From Fibrobacteria bacterium (GTDB lineage: Bacteria > Fibrobacterota > Fibrobacteria > UBA11236): DNA of 56,025 nucleotides. The notes beneath the pieces are model-generated. The model saw only the letters and a list, made by a program, of their open reading frames with translations, searched no databases and was not told the origin of the DNA. The DNA lies in contig JBDSIO010000409.1 of the NCBI GenBank assembly GCA_039917895.1, positions 1 through 56,025 on the forward strand, in the 5' to 3' direction. Of this stretch, positions 25,139-33,122 are shown piece after piece. Each line of letters starts with the position of its first letter. Position 1 is the stretch's first letter. The translations under genes and the position numbers were made by a program.

Positions 25139-26439
25139 CTCCTTAGGTATCCAAGCTTTCGCAGGCGGTCCAGATCTTCCCGGACAAGCCGATCCCCGAT
25201 GTCGTTCCGGTACCGTTTGTTGGGCACGAACACTTTCCGCGCCCTGGCATAAGCCCGTTCCCGGGCGGCCTCGATCGAGGCCCCTGCGCCGGTTGCGACC
25301 AGGGTATAGCCTAGGGAACCGCTCGTGACCAAACGGCCTTCGGACAAGGCCACCTCCCCGAAATGCAGGTTCTCCCGATCCTCCGCCGTCAGTCCGGGGT
25401 GGAAAAAAACCGGCATTCCTTTGGACATCCTCGCATATCCATCCGCATGAGGAAAGGGCGGAACCGTCACCACCACGCCCACGGCGAACCCGTCTGATGT
25501 GGGCAGGCCGCCGTCTCCGCGGGCGGTCATCCTCCGGAACACCCCGTCCCATCCTTCCGGATGCAGGGCGTCGCAAATGGCGAAGCCGGGGTAACCGAAC
25601 CGGCTGGTGAATTCCAATGGCCAAATGCCTTCGGCATTGACGATGGTATTCAGGTTGAGATAGCCGCAATGGCGGGCGCGACGCAGGTTTGCCGCCATCT
25701 TGGACAAGGTGAGATCGAAAATCCTTTCAGCTCCCCGGTAAGTGACGACCGTCCCCATTTCTCCCGTGAGTTCGCCCAGGTCGCCGGGGAAAAAACGCTT
25801 ATGCTCCCAATCCAGTAAGGCCGGCATCAGGAATTTTTCCCCGTCGAAGTAAGCGCCTACCCCGACCTCGATCCCCGAGAGGTGTTCCATGAGTACGAAG
25901 TTCGGCGGCTCGGGGGACTTCCATCGAGACCCGTTGAAATCCAGAAGCGAGAGGATGTCCGTTCCGTCTTCCGCTTCTCCCACGTAATTCTCCGTGGACG
26001 GGGAAGCGCTGCCGTTGTTCTTGTAAACATAACGGCGCGGATTGGAGCGGACGAATTCCGCCGCCGTAGCGAAGTCCCCGAAGGCATGGGTTCCAGCGGT
26101 CCGAAGTCCGATTTGCCGCAGCACTTCCTGGCCGAACATCCGATCACTTTCCAACCGGTCTCCATAGGCGCTTCCGCCTATCACCTGGAATCCGTCCGAG
26201 CGGAGCGAGTCCTGGAGAATGCCGCGGTCGGCGGATTCGAACAGGATGATCCCGTCCTTTCCGGCCGCCTTCACCCAATCCAGTTCGGATCGCCAATCCG
26301 CCACCCGGTCCACCATGCCACCGAGGACATCGTGGCCATCGGGTTCACCGATGAAAACCTTTACCTCATGGCCTTTGGCAGCGAGGCGCAAATACATATC
26401 ACCTAAGCTGTTCCAATCCCCGATCCCCAAGAACCGCAT
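25135..26439 (-). CDS. ATP-grasp enzyme, non-canonical PurD-like (glycinamide ribonucleotide synthetase-like)
   Basis: MRFLGIGDWNSLGDMYLRL..., FPGDLGELTGEMGTV and the ATP-grasp middle and C-terminal regions resemble PurD. The canonical GSGGREHA N-terminal motif is absent. The stop overlaps the methyltransferase stop (CTAG). Confidence 0.65.
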   Translation of the reverse strand: MRFLGIGDWNSLGDMYLRLAAKGHEVKVFIGEPDGHDVLGGMVDRVADWRSELDWVKAAGKDGIILFESADRGILQDSLRSDGFQVIGGSAYGDRLESDRMFGQEVLRQIGLRTAGTHAFGDFATAAEFVRSNPRRYVYKNNGSASPSTENYVGEAEDGTDILSLLDFNGSRWKSPEPPNFVLMEHLSGIEVGVGAYFDGEKFLMPALLDWEHKRFFPGDLGELTGEMGTVVTYRGAERIFDLTLSKMAANLRRARHCGYLNLNTIVNAEGIWPLEFTSRFGYPGFAICDALHPEGWDGVFRRMTARGDGGLPTSDGFAVGVVVTVPPFPHADGYARMSKGMPVFFHPGLTAEDRENLHFGEVALSEGRLVTSGSLGYTLVATGAGASIEAARERAYARARKVFVPNKRYRNDIGDRLVREDLDRLRKLGYLRS

Positions 26440-26531
26440 ATTATCCCGGTGTTCCGGCCCGGATTGGCCATAGCTATAATCGGACGCCCGGTTTTGTCTT
26501 TGAATCTCCTGGCGCATAACAGCTGCGCCGG

Positions 26532-28670
26532 TCAGGCGTGAACGCCGACCGCCAGGATTTCGCGCACCTTTGAAATCAAATCGGCAGGCGAAAAGGGTTT
26601 CTGGAGGAATGCGATTTCCGGATTCCCGCTTTCCTTAGAAACCAAGGCGTCCCTGGTATATCCGGAAATGAAAAGCAATTTTACCTTCGGGTGGATGAGC
26701 TTCAATTCCCCTGCCAGGAATCCCCCATTCATATTGGGCATGATCACATCGGTAATGAGCAAATCGAGGCGCTCGGTTTGGCCCGCCAACTTTAGCGCTT
26801 CGACGCCGTCACCGGCTTCAACCACCTTGTAACCGTGGTTCTTCAGGGTCATGCTCAGGAATTTCCGCACGGCGGGTTCGTCCTCCGCAAGCAGAATGGT
26901 TTCGGCCTGGAATGACCTTCCCGCAACCGCCGGCGCCTGCTCCTCCTTGTTGGGCATCCCTTTCCGGTTCACCAACGGGAAGTATAGCTTGAAGCTGGTC
27001 CCCTTCATGGGCTTGCTCGTAACCTCGATGCTTCCTCCGCTCTGCTTGACAATTCCGTAAACGCTGGAAAGCCCGAGCCCGGTTCCCTTGCCGATTTCCT
27101 TGGTGGTGAAGAAGGGTTCGAAAATCTGGGCCAGTATTTCCGGAGTCATGCCCACCCCGCTATCGGAGACGCTGAGCATGGCATGGGGGCCGGGCGAAGC
27201 ATCCGGATGATCTGCGATATGGCCGCTTTCCAGGTTCACATTGGCGGTTTCAATGCGGAGAGAGCCCCCGTCGGGCATGGCATCCCGCGCGTTCAGGACC
27301 AGATTCATGATGATTTGCTGGATCTGCGCGGGATCCGCCCGCACCGGGCCGATCAATGGATCAAGCAGAGTGTAGAAAAGGATATCCTCTCCAATAAGCC
27401 GACGGAGCATTTTTTCGATCTCGGTAATGCATCCGTTCAAATCCAGGATCTTGGGGGCGAGGATTTGTTTGCGGCTGTAGGCCAGCAATTGCTGGGTGAG
27501 CGCGGCGGCCCGTTTTCCCGACTTGCCGATTTCCTCCAGGTATTCAGCTACCGTGGAATCCTTGGCGGTTTCAGCCAGCGCCATTTCCGTGAAACCGTTG
27601 ATCGAGGTCAGGAGATTGTTGAAATCATGGGCAATGCCTCCCGCCAGCCTTCCCACGACTTCCATTTTTTGCGCCTGACGCAGCTGCTCTTGGGCGAAAT
27701 TGATATCCGTGATATCCCTGGCGATTTTGGAAGCGCCCACAATTGTGCCATTGGCGTCTTTGATGGGTGAAACAGTCAGGGAAATCTGGATGAGCGAACC
27801 GTCTTTCCGGCGCCGGACGGTTTCGTAGTGATTGATGGTTTGCCCCCGTTGTATGCGTCCCAGGATTTCCGGTTCTTCATTCTGGTGGTTTTCCGGGATG
27901 AGGACGGTGATCGGTTTACCGATCATCTCCTCCGCGGTATATCCGAACATGCGCTCAGCGGAAGCGTTCCAGCTCATAACGATGGAATTCAGGTTCTTGC
28001 TGATAATGGCATCGTTGGAGGATTTGACGATAGCGGCGAACTTCCGCGCGTCTTCCTCCCTTTGATTGCCCACCCTGATTTCCTTCTGCAGGGAATTATA
28101 AAGTTCCGCAGTCTCTATCGACACCGTCGCTTGGGAGGCCAGGGCTATGAGCGATTTTTCCGCCTCCTTGGTGAAGAAGGCGGGTTCCCCGTGGCAATAG
28201 AAAAGCCCGCCCAGGATTTCGCCGGATCGGGAAACCACCGGAACGGCAAGACAGCTGCGCATGGGAATATCTCCCTGCTGCAGACATTGGGGGAGAGTGG
28301 AATCCTCAAGCGGCGGTTGGAGCGCCAAGTCATCGATTCTCAGCGATCCCTTGCCATTGAAGATGCGGATGAACATCGAGGGTTCCAATGTCTCGACGAA
28401 ATCGGCGCATACCTCACGGGCCATGCCTGAGAGCGCATGCAGCACGATGAAATTCCCGGTATCCGCTGAAATCGCGTAGAAAAATGCACCGCTATAGGCG
28501 TGGGAGATTGCCTTTCCGGCATCCGTGACGGTTTCGGCGATTTTTCGGAAATCATGCTCGGTAACAAGGGCTTCGGCGGTTCTTCTCAGGATTTCAACGC
28601 TGTCGGCATACTCTTGATACTTTTTTTCCGCGGCTTCGAGGCGGGCGACTAAAGAAGCTGAATCAGGCAT
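26532..28670 (-). CDS. Hybrid sensor histidine kinase (GAF-PAS-HisKA-HATPase-REC)
   Basis: PAS (SWNASAERMFGYTAEEMIGKP...DGSLIQISLTVSPIKD); H-box GGIAHDFNNLL; N/G boxes (LNARDAMP, DSGVGM, GTGLGLS); receiver LLITDVIMPNMNG...LQKPF. Confidence 0.85.
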   Translation of the reverse strand: MPDSASLVARLEAAEKKYQEYADSVEILRRTAEALVTEHDFRKIAETVTDAGKAISHAYSGAFFYAISADTGNFIVLHALSGMAREVCADFVETLEPSMFIRIFNGKGSLRIDDLALQPPLEDSTLPQCLQQGDIPMRSCLAVPVVSRSGEILGGLFYCHGEPAFFTKEAEKSLIALASQATVSIETAELYNSLQKEIRVGNQREEDARKFAAIVKSSNDAIISKNLNSIVMSWNASAERMFGYTAEEMIGKPITVLIPENHQNEEPEILGRIQRGQTINHYETVRRRKDGSLIQISLTVSPIKDANGTIVGASKIARDITDINFAQEQLRQAQKMEVVGRLAGGIAHDFNNLLTSINGFTEMALAETAKDSTVAEYLEEIGKSGKRAAALTQQLLAYSRKQILAPKILDLNGCITEIEKMLRRLIGEDILFYTLLDPLIGPVRADPAQIQQIIMNLVLNARDAMPDGGSLRIETANVNLESGHIADHPDASPGPHAMLSVSDSGVGMTPEILAQIFEPFFTTKEIGKGTGLGLSSVYGIVKQSGGSIEVTSKPMKGTSFKLYFPLVNRKGMPNKEEQAPAVAGRSFQAETILLAEDEPAVRKFLSMTLKNHGYKVVEAGDGVEALKLAGQTERLDLLITDVIMPNMNGGFLAGELKLIHPKVKLLFISGYTRDALVSKESGNPEIAFLQKPFSPADLISKVREILAVGVHA

Positions 28671-28848
28671 TTTTTACCCACATTTAAACTGGATCCATAG
28701 CAAATTAAAAGTTCCGGATTCATCTCCTAGATTTTTATCGGAAATTTTGGGAATTTGGCAGGAAATTAATAGGGCAGGATATTTAAGGAGGGTGTCTCAT
28801 GGGGTCTGGGGAATGTCCAGGTGGGTGACCGGTTCCGCCCGGTTTCCT

Positions 28849-30549
28849 TCAGTTCATAGGGTTATGAATCGGGCGGTTTCTTTGCGGTGCTATATAATCC
28901 GTTGGTCTGGACAGGATTTCCCGCACCTTTTTGGCGAGAATCGAGGGCGCAAACGGCTTTTGCAGGAAATCGACGGTTTCCTGTAGGATGCCGTGGCGGA
29001 GGACCGCATCGTCGGTATATCCGGAGAGAAAAAGGACCTTCATTTCCGGGTACAGGATGGCCATTTTATCGGCGAGCACACGTCCGCCTCCCCCCGGCAT
29101 TACGACATCCGTTACCAGAAGATGGATCCGCTTAGGGTACTGCGCAGCAGCGCGAATGGCCTCTTCCACTCCTCCCGATTCAATTACGGTATAACCGCTA
29201 TCCTGCAGAACCGTTTTGATCAACGCGCGTACGGTCGGTTCGTCTTCGGCCAGCAGGAGGGTCTCGGTGCCCCGGGAAGCTTGCTTCACGCCTGGAAGGA
29301 CTTCCGTCTCCTGTACCGGAGCCTCTATCTGCGGCAGGTAAATCTTGAACGAGGTTCCTACGCCGCGTTCACTATACACTTCGATGCAGCCTTCGCTTTG
29401 CTTCACCACCCCGTAAATGACGGCAAGGCCAAGACCTGTGCCCTTGCCGGTCGTTTTGGTCGTATAGAAGGGTTCGAAAATCCGCTCCTTCACTTCCGGC
29501 GTCATGCCCTCGCCGGAGTCCGTTACGGCCAGCATCACATAGCGTCCGGACCGCATTTCCGTGTGGGCATTCATATCATCGGGTCCCAGTTCGACATTGT
29601 CCGTTCTGATGGTGATTTTTCCACCCCTGGGCATGGCGTCCCGGGCATTGATGGCCAGATTCAACAGGACCTGCTCAAGCTGCCCGACATCGGCCTTCAC
29701 GTTACCCAAGCGGGGGTGGAGTACGCTGGTGAGGACGATGTCTTCGCCGATGATGCGTTGTAAAAGGCTGTCGGTATCCCTCACCACCGTGTTCAGATTG
29801 ATGATTTTCCAGGCCGGCTCCTCCTTCCTGCCGAACGCCAGGAGTTGGCGCGTTAACGAAGCCGAGCGTTCACCGGCCTTTTTGATTTCCTCCAGCCCTT
29901 TGCGGGAGGCATCGTCCAGGCTCAGCGATTGGAGCAAAAGTTCGCTGTAACCGGTGATGATGACGAGAAGGTTATTGAAGTCATGGGCGACCCCGCCGGT
30001 TAATTGCCCAATCGCTTCCATCTTCTGGGATTGGCGAAGCCGGTCCTCATCCTTCAGGCGATCGGTAATATCGAAAAATGCCACCACCACGCCGACCATC
30101 ACCCCCTCGCGACGCACCGGATAGCACCAGTATTCGACGTCGAAGCAGGTTCCGTCGACGCGGCGGAAACATTCGCCTAATACATGGGCGCCAATGCCCG
30201 ATTGCAAGGTCCGGGTGATGGGACACTCTTCGGGAGGATAAGCCGTGCCATCCTTCCGGGTACCATGGATAAGGGTGTGCATGTTGCTTCCCAGCAACTC
30301 CTCCGGATGGGAATAGCCCAGCAGCCTGGTGCACACCGGATTGGAAAGCGTGCAATTTCCTTCCAGATCCATGCTGTATATGGCTTCCGAAGTGGAGTCC
30401 AGCAGGAGTTGGATCAATTCGTCCTTTTCCCGAAGTTTCCTTCCGTTCTCCCCTTGCTCCTGCCGGGCCGTATCTTCCGTATTGAGATGGGAAATCCACC
30501 AATCAACGCGTTTGGTTTTGAAATCTCGGGTGGCCGGTTTACTTTTCAT
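28849..30549 (-). CDS. Hybrid sensor histidine kinase (PAS-HisKA-HATPase-REC), paralogue of the preceding gene
   Basis: PAS (LLDSTSEAIYSMDLEGNCT...); GGVAHDFNNLL; INARDAMP; DSGEGM; GTGLGLA; receiver LLVTDVVMPGGGG...LQKPF. Confidence 0.85.
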   Translation of the reverse strand: MKSKPATRDFKTKRVDWWISHLNTEDTARQEQGENGRKLREKDELIQLLLDSTSEAIYSMDLEGNCTLSNPVCTRLLGYSHPEELLGSNMHTLIHGTRKDGTAYPPEECPITRTLQSGIGAHVLGECFRRVDGTCFDVEYWCYPVRREGVMVGVVVAFFDITDRLKDEDRLRQSQKMEAIGQLTGGVAHDFNNLLVIITGYSELLLQSLSLDDASRKGLEEIKKAGERSASLTRQLLAFGRKEEPAWKIINLNTVVRDTDSLLQRIIGEDIVLTSVLHPRLGNVKADVGQLEQVLLNLAINARDAMPRGGKITIRTDNVELGPDDMNAHTEMRSGRYVMLAVTDSGEGMTPEVKERIFEPFYTTKTTGKGTGLGLAVIYGVVKQSEGCIEVYSERGVGTSFKIYLPQIEAPVQETEVLPGVKQASRGTETLLLAEDEPTVRALIKTVLQDSGYTVIESGGVEEAIRAAAQYPKRIHLLVTDVVMPGGGGRVLADKMAILYPEMKVLFLSGYTDDAVLRHGILQETVDFLQKPFAPSILAKKVREILSRPTDYIAPQRNRPIHNPMN

Positions 30550-30761
30550 TAGGGACCTCTAAGTCGCGCGGACAGTGGGCAGATCACCTAATTACCTTTA
30601 AATGTCATCTCCGTAACGTTTATTTTTGATTTTGGTTCGGTTGGGCCAATCGTCGGAATGAGCGTACAAAGTGCACGCGACAATCGGAAGATTTATCCCC
30701 AGTTTCACCATTGACCATGGGCGGATGGGATTTCGAATCCGGATTTCAGCTGGAAAAATAA

Positions 30762-30817
30762 TCAACCAGTTGGTTGACAATTGAGCGAGTGGGATATATA
30801 TTCAACTATATGGTTGA
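30762..30817. promoter_or_regulatory. Two TCAAC(C)-N-GTTGA inverted repeats, candidate ArsR-type operators
   Basis: tcaacca-gt-tggttga (30762-30777) and tcaac-tatatg-gttga (30802-30817). The second overlaps ATG 30810. Confidence 0.35.
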
Positions 30818-31202
30818 TAAAGTTGATAAAGTTGATAAAGGTTATAAATCCGATTCCAGGTCCGAAACCCTGGACACCGTTCTGATGGCATTGGCGGACC
30901 CCACCCGCCGGGCCATCCTCAAGCAACTCTCCTTACGGGAGAGCACGGTCAACGAAATCGCCAAGCCCTACGACATCTCCCTGGCCGGAGTCTCCAAGCA
31001 TATACAGGTGCTGGAAAAGGCGCGGCTTGTGGTCAAACGCAGAGAGGGGCGGATCCAGCATTGCCGCCTCAACCCGAAGCCTTTGGGAGCGGTCGCCAAT
31101 CTGTTGATCGAATACAAGCATTTCTGGGAGAACCAGTTGGACGCTTTGGAAAAGTTCCTTCAAGAAACCGAAGCGAATAAATCGGATAAATCGACACGTT
31201 GA
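30810..31202 (+). CDS. ArsR/SmtB-family transcriptional regulator
   Basis: LMALADPTRRAILKQLSLRESTVNEIAKPYDISLAGVSKHIQVLEKARLV is the wHTH signature. TTG 30774 is an alternative start. Confidence 0.8.
   Translation: MVDKVDKVDKGYKSDSRSETLDTVLMALADPTRRAILKQLSLRESTVNEIAKPYDISLAGVSKHIQVLEKARLVVKRREGRIQHCRLNPKPLGAVANLLIEYKHFWENQLDALEKFLQETEANKSDKSTR
30813..30848. repeat. 9-bp tandem repeat gttgataaa x3 plus ggttataaa (encodes VDKVDKVDKGYK)
   Basis: Read directly from the sequence. Each unit repeats the GTTGA operator half-site. Confidence 0.8.
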
Positions 31203-31259
31203 ACCATTAGTGCCACTAGAACCATTGAATCAAACCGACCCAATCGAAAGGAAAATCTT

Positions 31260-31715
31260 ATGGAAAGCTTGCGAACCCCAGCAACCCCGCCCCTGGAAAA
31301 AACCGCTGCCTTGGTGGTGAAACGGACCATGCCCTACCCGCCCGAGGTCCTCTACAAGGCTTTTTCCGATCCGAAAATCATGAGCCAATGGTTTTTCGGC
31401 GGCAAGGGCTGGTCGTCCGAGGTGAGCAATGATTTCCGCCAAGGCGGCGCGTTCGCCATCGCGATGCGGTCGGAAAAGGGCGAGGTCGTTCCGCATCAAG
31501 GGATTTACCAGGATATTGTTCCCGGCGAGAAGCTGGTCTTCACCTGGAACAGTCCCTATGCCAAGGACACCGTGGTGACGTTGTTGTTCCGCAAGGTGAA
31601 CGAAGGGACCGAGTTGAGCCTGACCCATGAGTTCCTGCTGGAGACCCAGCGTGAAAATCACAGGGGAGGGTGGAACACCTGCCTGGACAATCTGGAACTC
31701 CATTTCAAGCAATAG
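31260..31715 (+). CDS. SRPBCC/AHSA1-family protein
   Basis: The size (151 aa), motifs (DPKIMSQWF...GGAF...GEKLVFTW...GTELSLTHE...GW) and pairing with arsR are typical of this family. Confidence 0.7.
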   Translation: MESLRTPATPPLEKTAALVVKRTMPYPPEVLYKAFSDPKIMSQWFFGGKGWSSEVSNDFRQGGAFAIAMRSEKGEVVPHQGIYQDIVPGEKLVFTWNSPYAKDTVVTLLFRKVNEGTELSLTHEFLLETQRENHRGGWNTCLDNLELHFKQ

Positions 31716-31782
31716 CCCAAGCCCTGAAATTTGGCTCCAGTGGGCTGAATGCGTATCTTGGGGCAATCGGGGCCTGAAAGCC

Positions 31783-32883
31783 ATGTCCCGATTGGAGGGC
31801 ATCCGGATGAAAAGCAACCCGTCGGCCATCATTGCCCTGGGTACCTCTGCCGGAGGCATGGATGCCTTGAGCCGGCTCGTGCCGCAACTTGCCGCGGATT
31901 TCCCCTCGGCTATCCTGATCGTTCAGCATATGTCGGCCGATTCCACCGGGGATATGCTGGTCAAAACCCTGGCGGAAAAGGGGAAGCTCCCATGCAAACA
32001 CCCCGAGGACGGGGAGAAAATCAAAACCGGACACATCTATGTCGCCCCTTCCGATCATCATATGCTGGTGGAGAAGGGCGTAATCCTGGTCACGAAGGGC
32101 GCGCGTGAAAACCGATCCCGGCCCTCCATCGATCCCTTGTTGCGATCGGCTGCGGTCGCCTATGGAAGCGGAGCCATCGGAGTGGTGCTCACAGGTTACC
32201 TCGATGACGGTACTTCAGGGATGATGGCCATCAAACGATGCGGCGGCACCTGCATCGTGCAGGACCCGAGGGACGCGGCGTTTCCGGATATGCCCCAAAG
32301 CGTCCTGAACAACCTTAAAGTCGATCATTGCGTCCCCTTGGCGGGAATGGGGGCGCTCCTGGTATATCTCGTCCAGAGGTTGCCTAAAAGTACTTCGGGC
32401 GCAATGGGAGCTAAGGGAGCTAAGGGGGATAAAGGTGCAAGCGGTGCCATGCGGAATGGGATTCCGGAGGACATCGTCATCGAAGCCAAAATCGCCAAAC
32501 GCGTCCTCAGCGACCTTAGCGCGGTGGAAGCGCTCGGGGATCAAGTCCCTTTCAATTGCCCCGAGTGCGGAGGCGTGCTATGGCAAATGGCGAAGGGGAA
32601 TCTGGTCCGGTACCGGTGCCATACGGGCCATGCCTTTACCTCGTCCGTGCTACTTGCCGAGCAGACCGCGAAGATCGAGGAGACGCTTTGGGTTGCCTTG
32701 CGGATGTTCGAGGAAAGGCGCAACCTGCTGCATACCATGGCGGTTTCGAAGGGTGGTGCACCTGGAAACGGAGCAAAGTCCGCTTCCGAACGCGCCAAGG
32801 ATTCCGAGATCCATATTGAGCGGATCCGCGCCATGCTCTTGTCCAGCGACAAGGCCACCAACGATGCCGTCCGCGAGGGCTGA
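31783..32883 (+). CDS. Stand-alone CheB-type methylesterase domain protein with a C-terminal Zn-ribbon/helical domain (no receiver)
   Basis: IALGTSAGGMDAL, ILIVQHM, GHIYVAP and VVLTGYLDDGTSGMMAIKRCGG are CheB catalytic Ser/His/Asp contexts. The C-terminus shows FNCPECGGVLW...YRCHTGHAF. Confidence 0.75.
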   Translation: MSRLEGIRMKSNPSAIIALGTSAGGMDALSRLVPQLAADFPSAILIVQHMSADSTGDMLVKTLAEKGKLPCKHPEDGEKIKTGHIYVAPSDHHMLVEKGVILVTKGARENRSRPSIDPLLRSAAVAYGSGAIGVVLTGYLDDGTSGMMAIKRCGGTCIVQDPRDAAFPDMPQSVLNNLKVDHCVPLAGMGALLVYLVQRLPKSTSGAMGAKGAKGDKGASGAMRNGIPEDIVIEAKIAKRVLSDLSAVEALGDQVPFNCPECGGVLWQMAKGNLVRYRCHTGHAFTSSVLLAEQTAKIEETLWVALRMFEERRNLLHTMAVSKGGAPGNGAKSASERAKDSEIHIERIRAMLLSSDKATNDAVREG

Positions 32884-33122
32884 ACCTCCCAAGCTGAAAT
32901 CAAAGGGAATTCCGAGGACCAGGCGGATGTGAGGGCGCCTCCGACGCCTGAACGTTCGGTGGGAATCCGCCCTATTCTCCCCGCGTGAACGCGCCGTCCT
33001 GGAGTCGCAGGTGGCCCTGGACCAGGATTGGGGTCTCGATCACGGGACCTGGACCGTGCTACGGCACATGTACTCCGAGGCGAACGAGCCGGACTTGGCT
33101 CACCCACCTGGGACCTTGAAGC

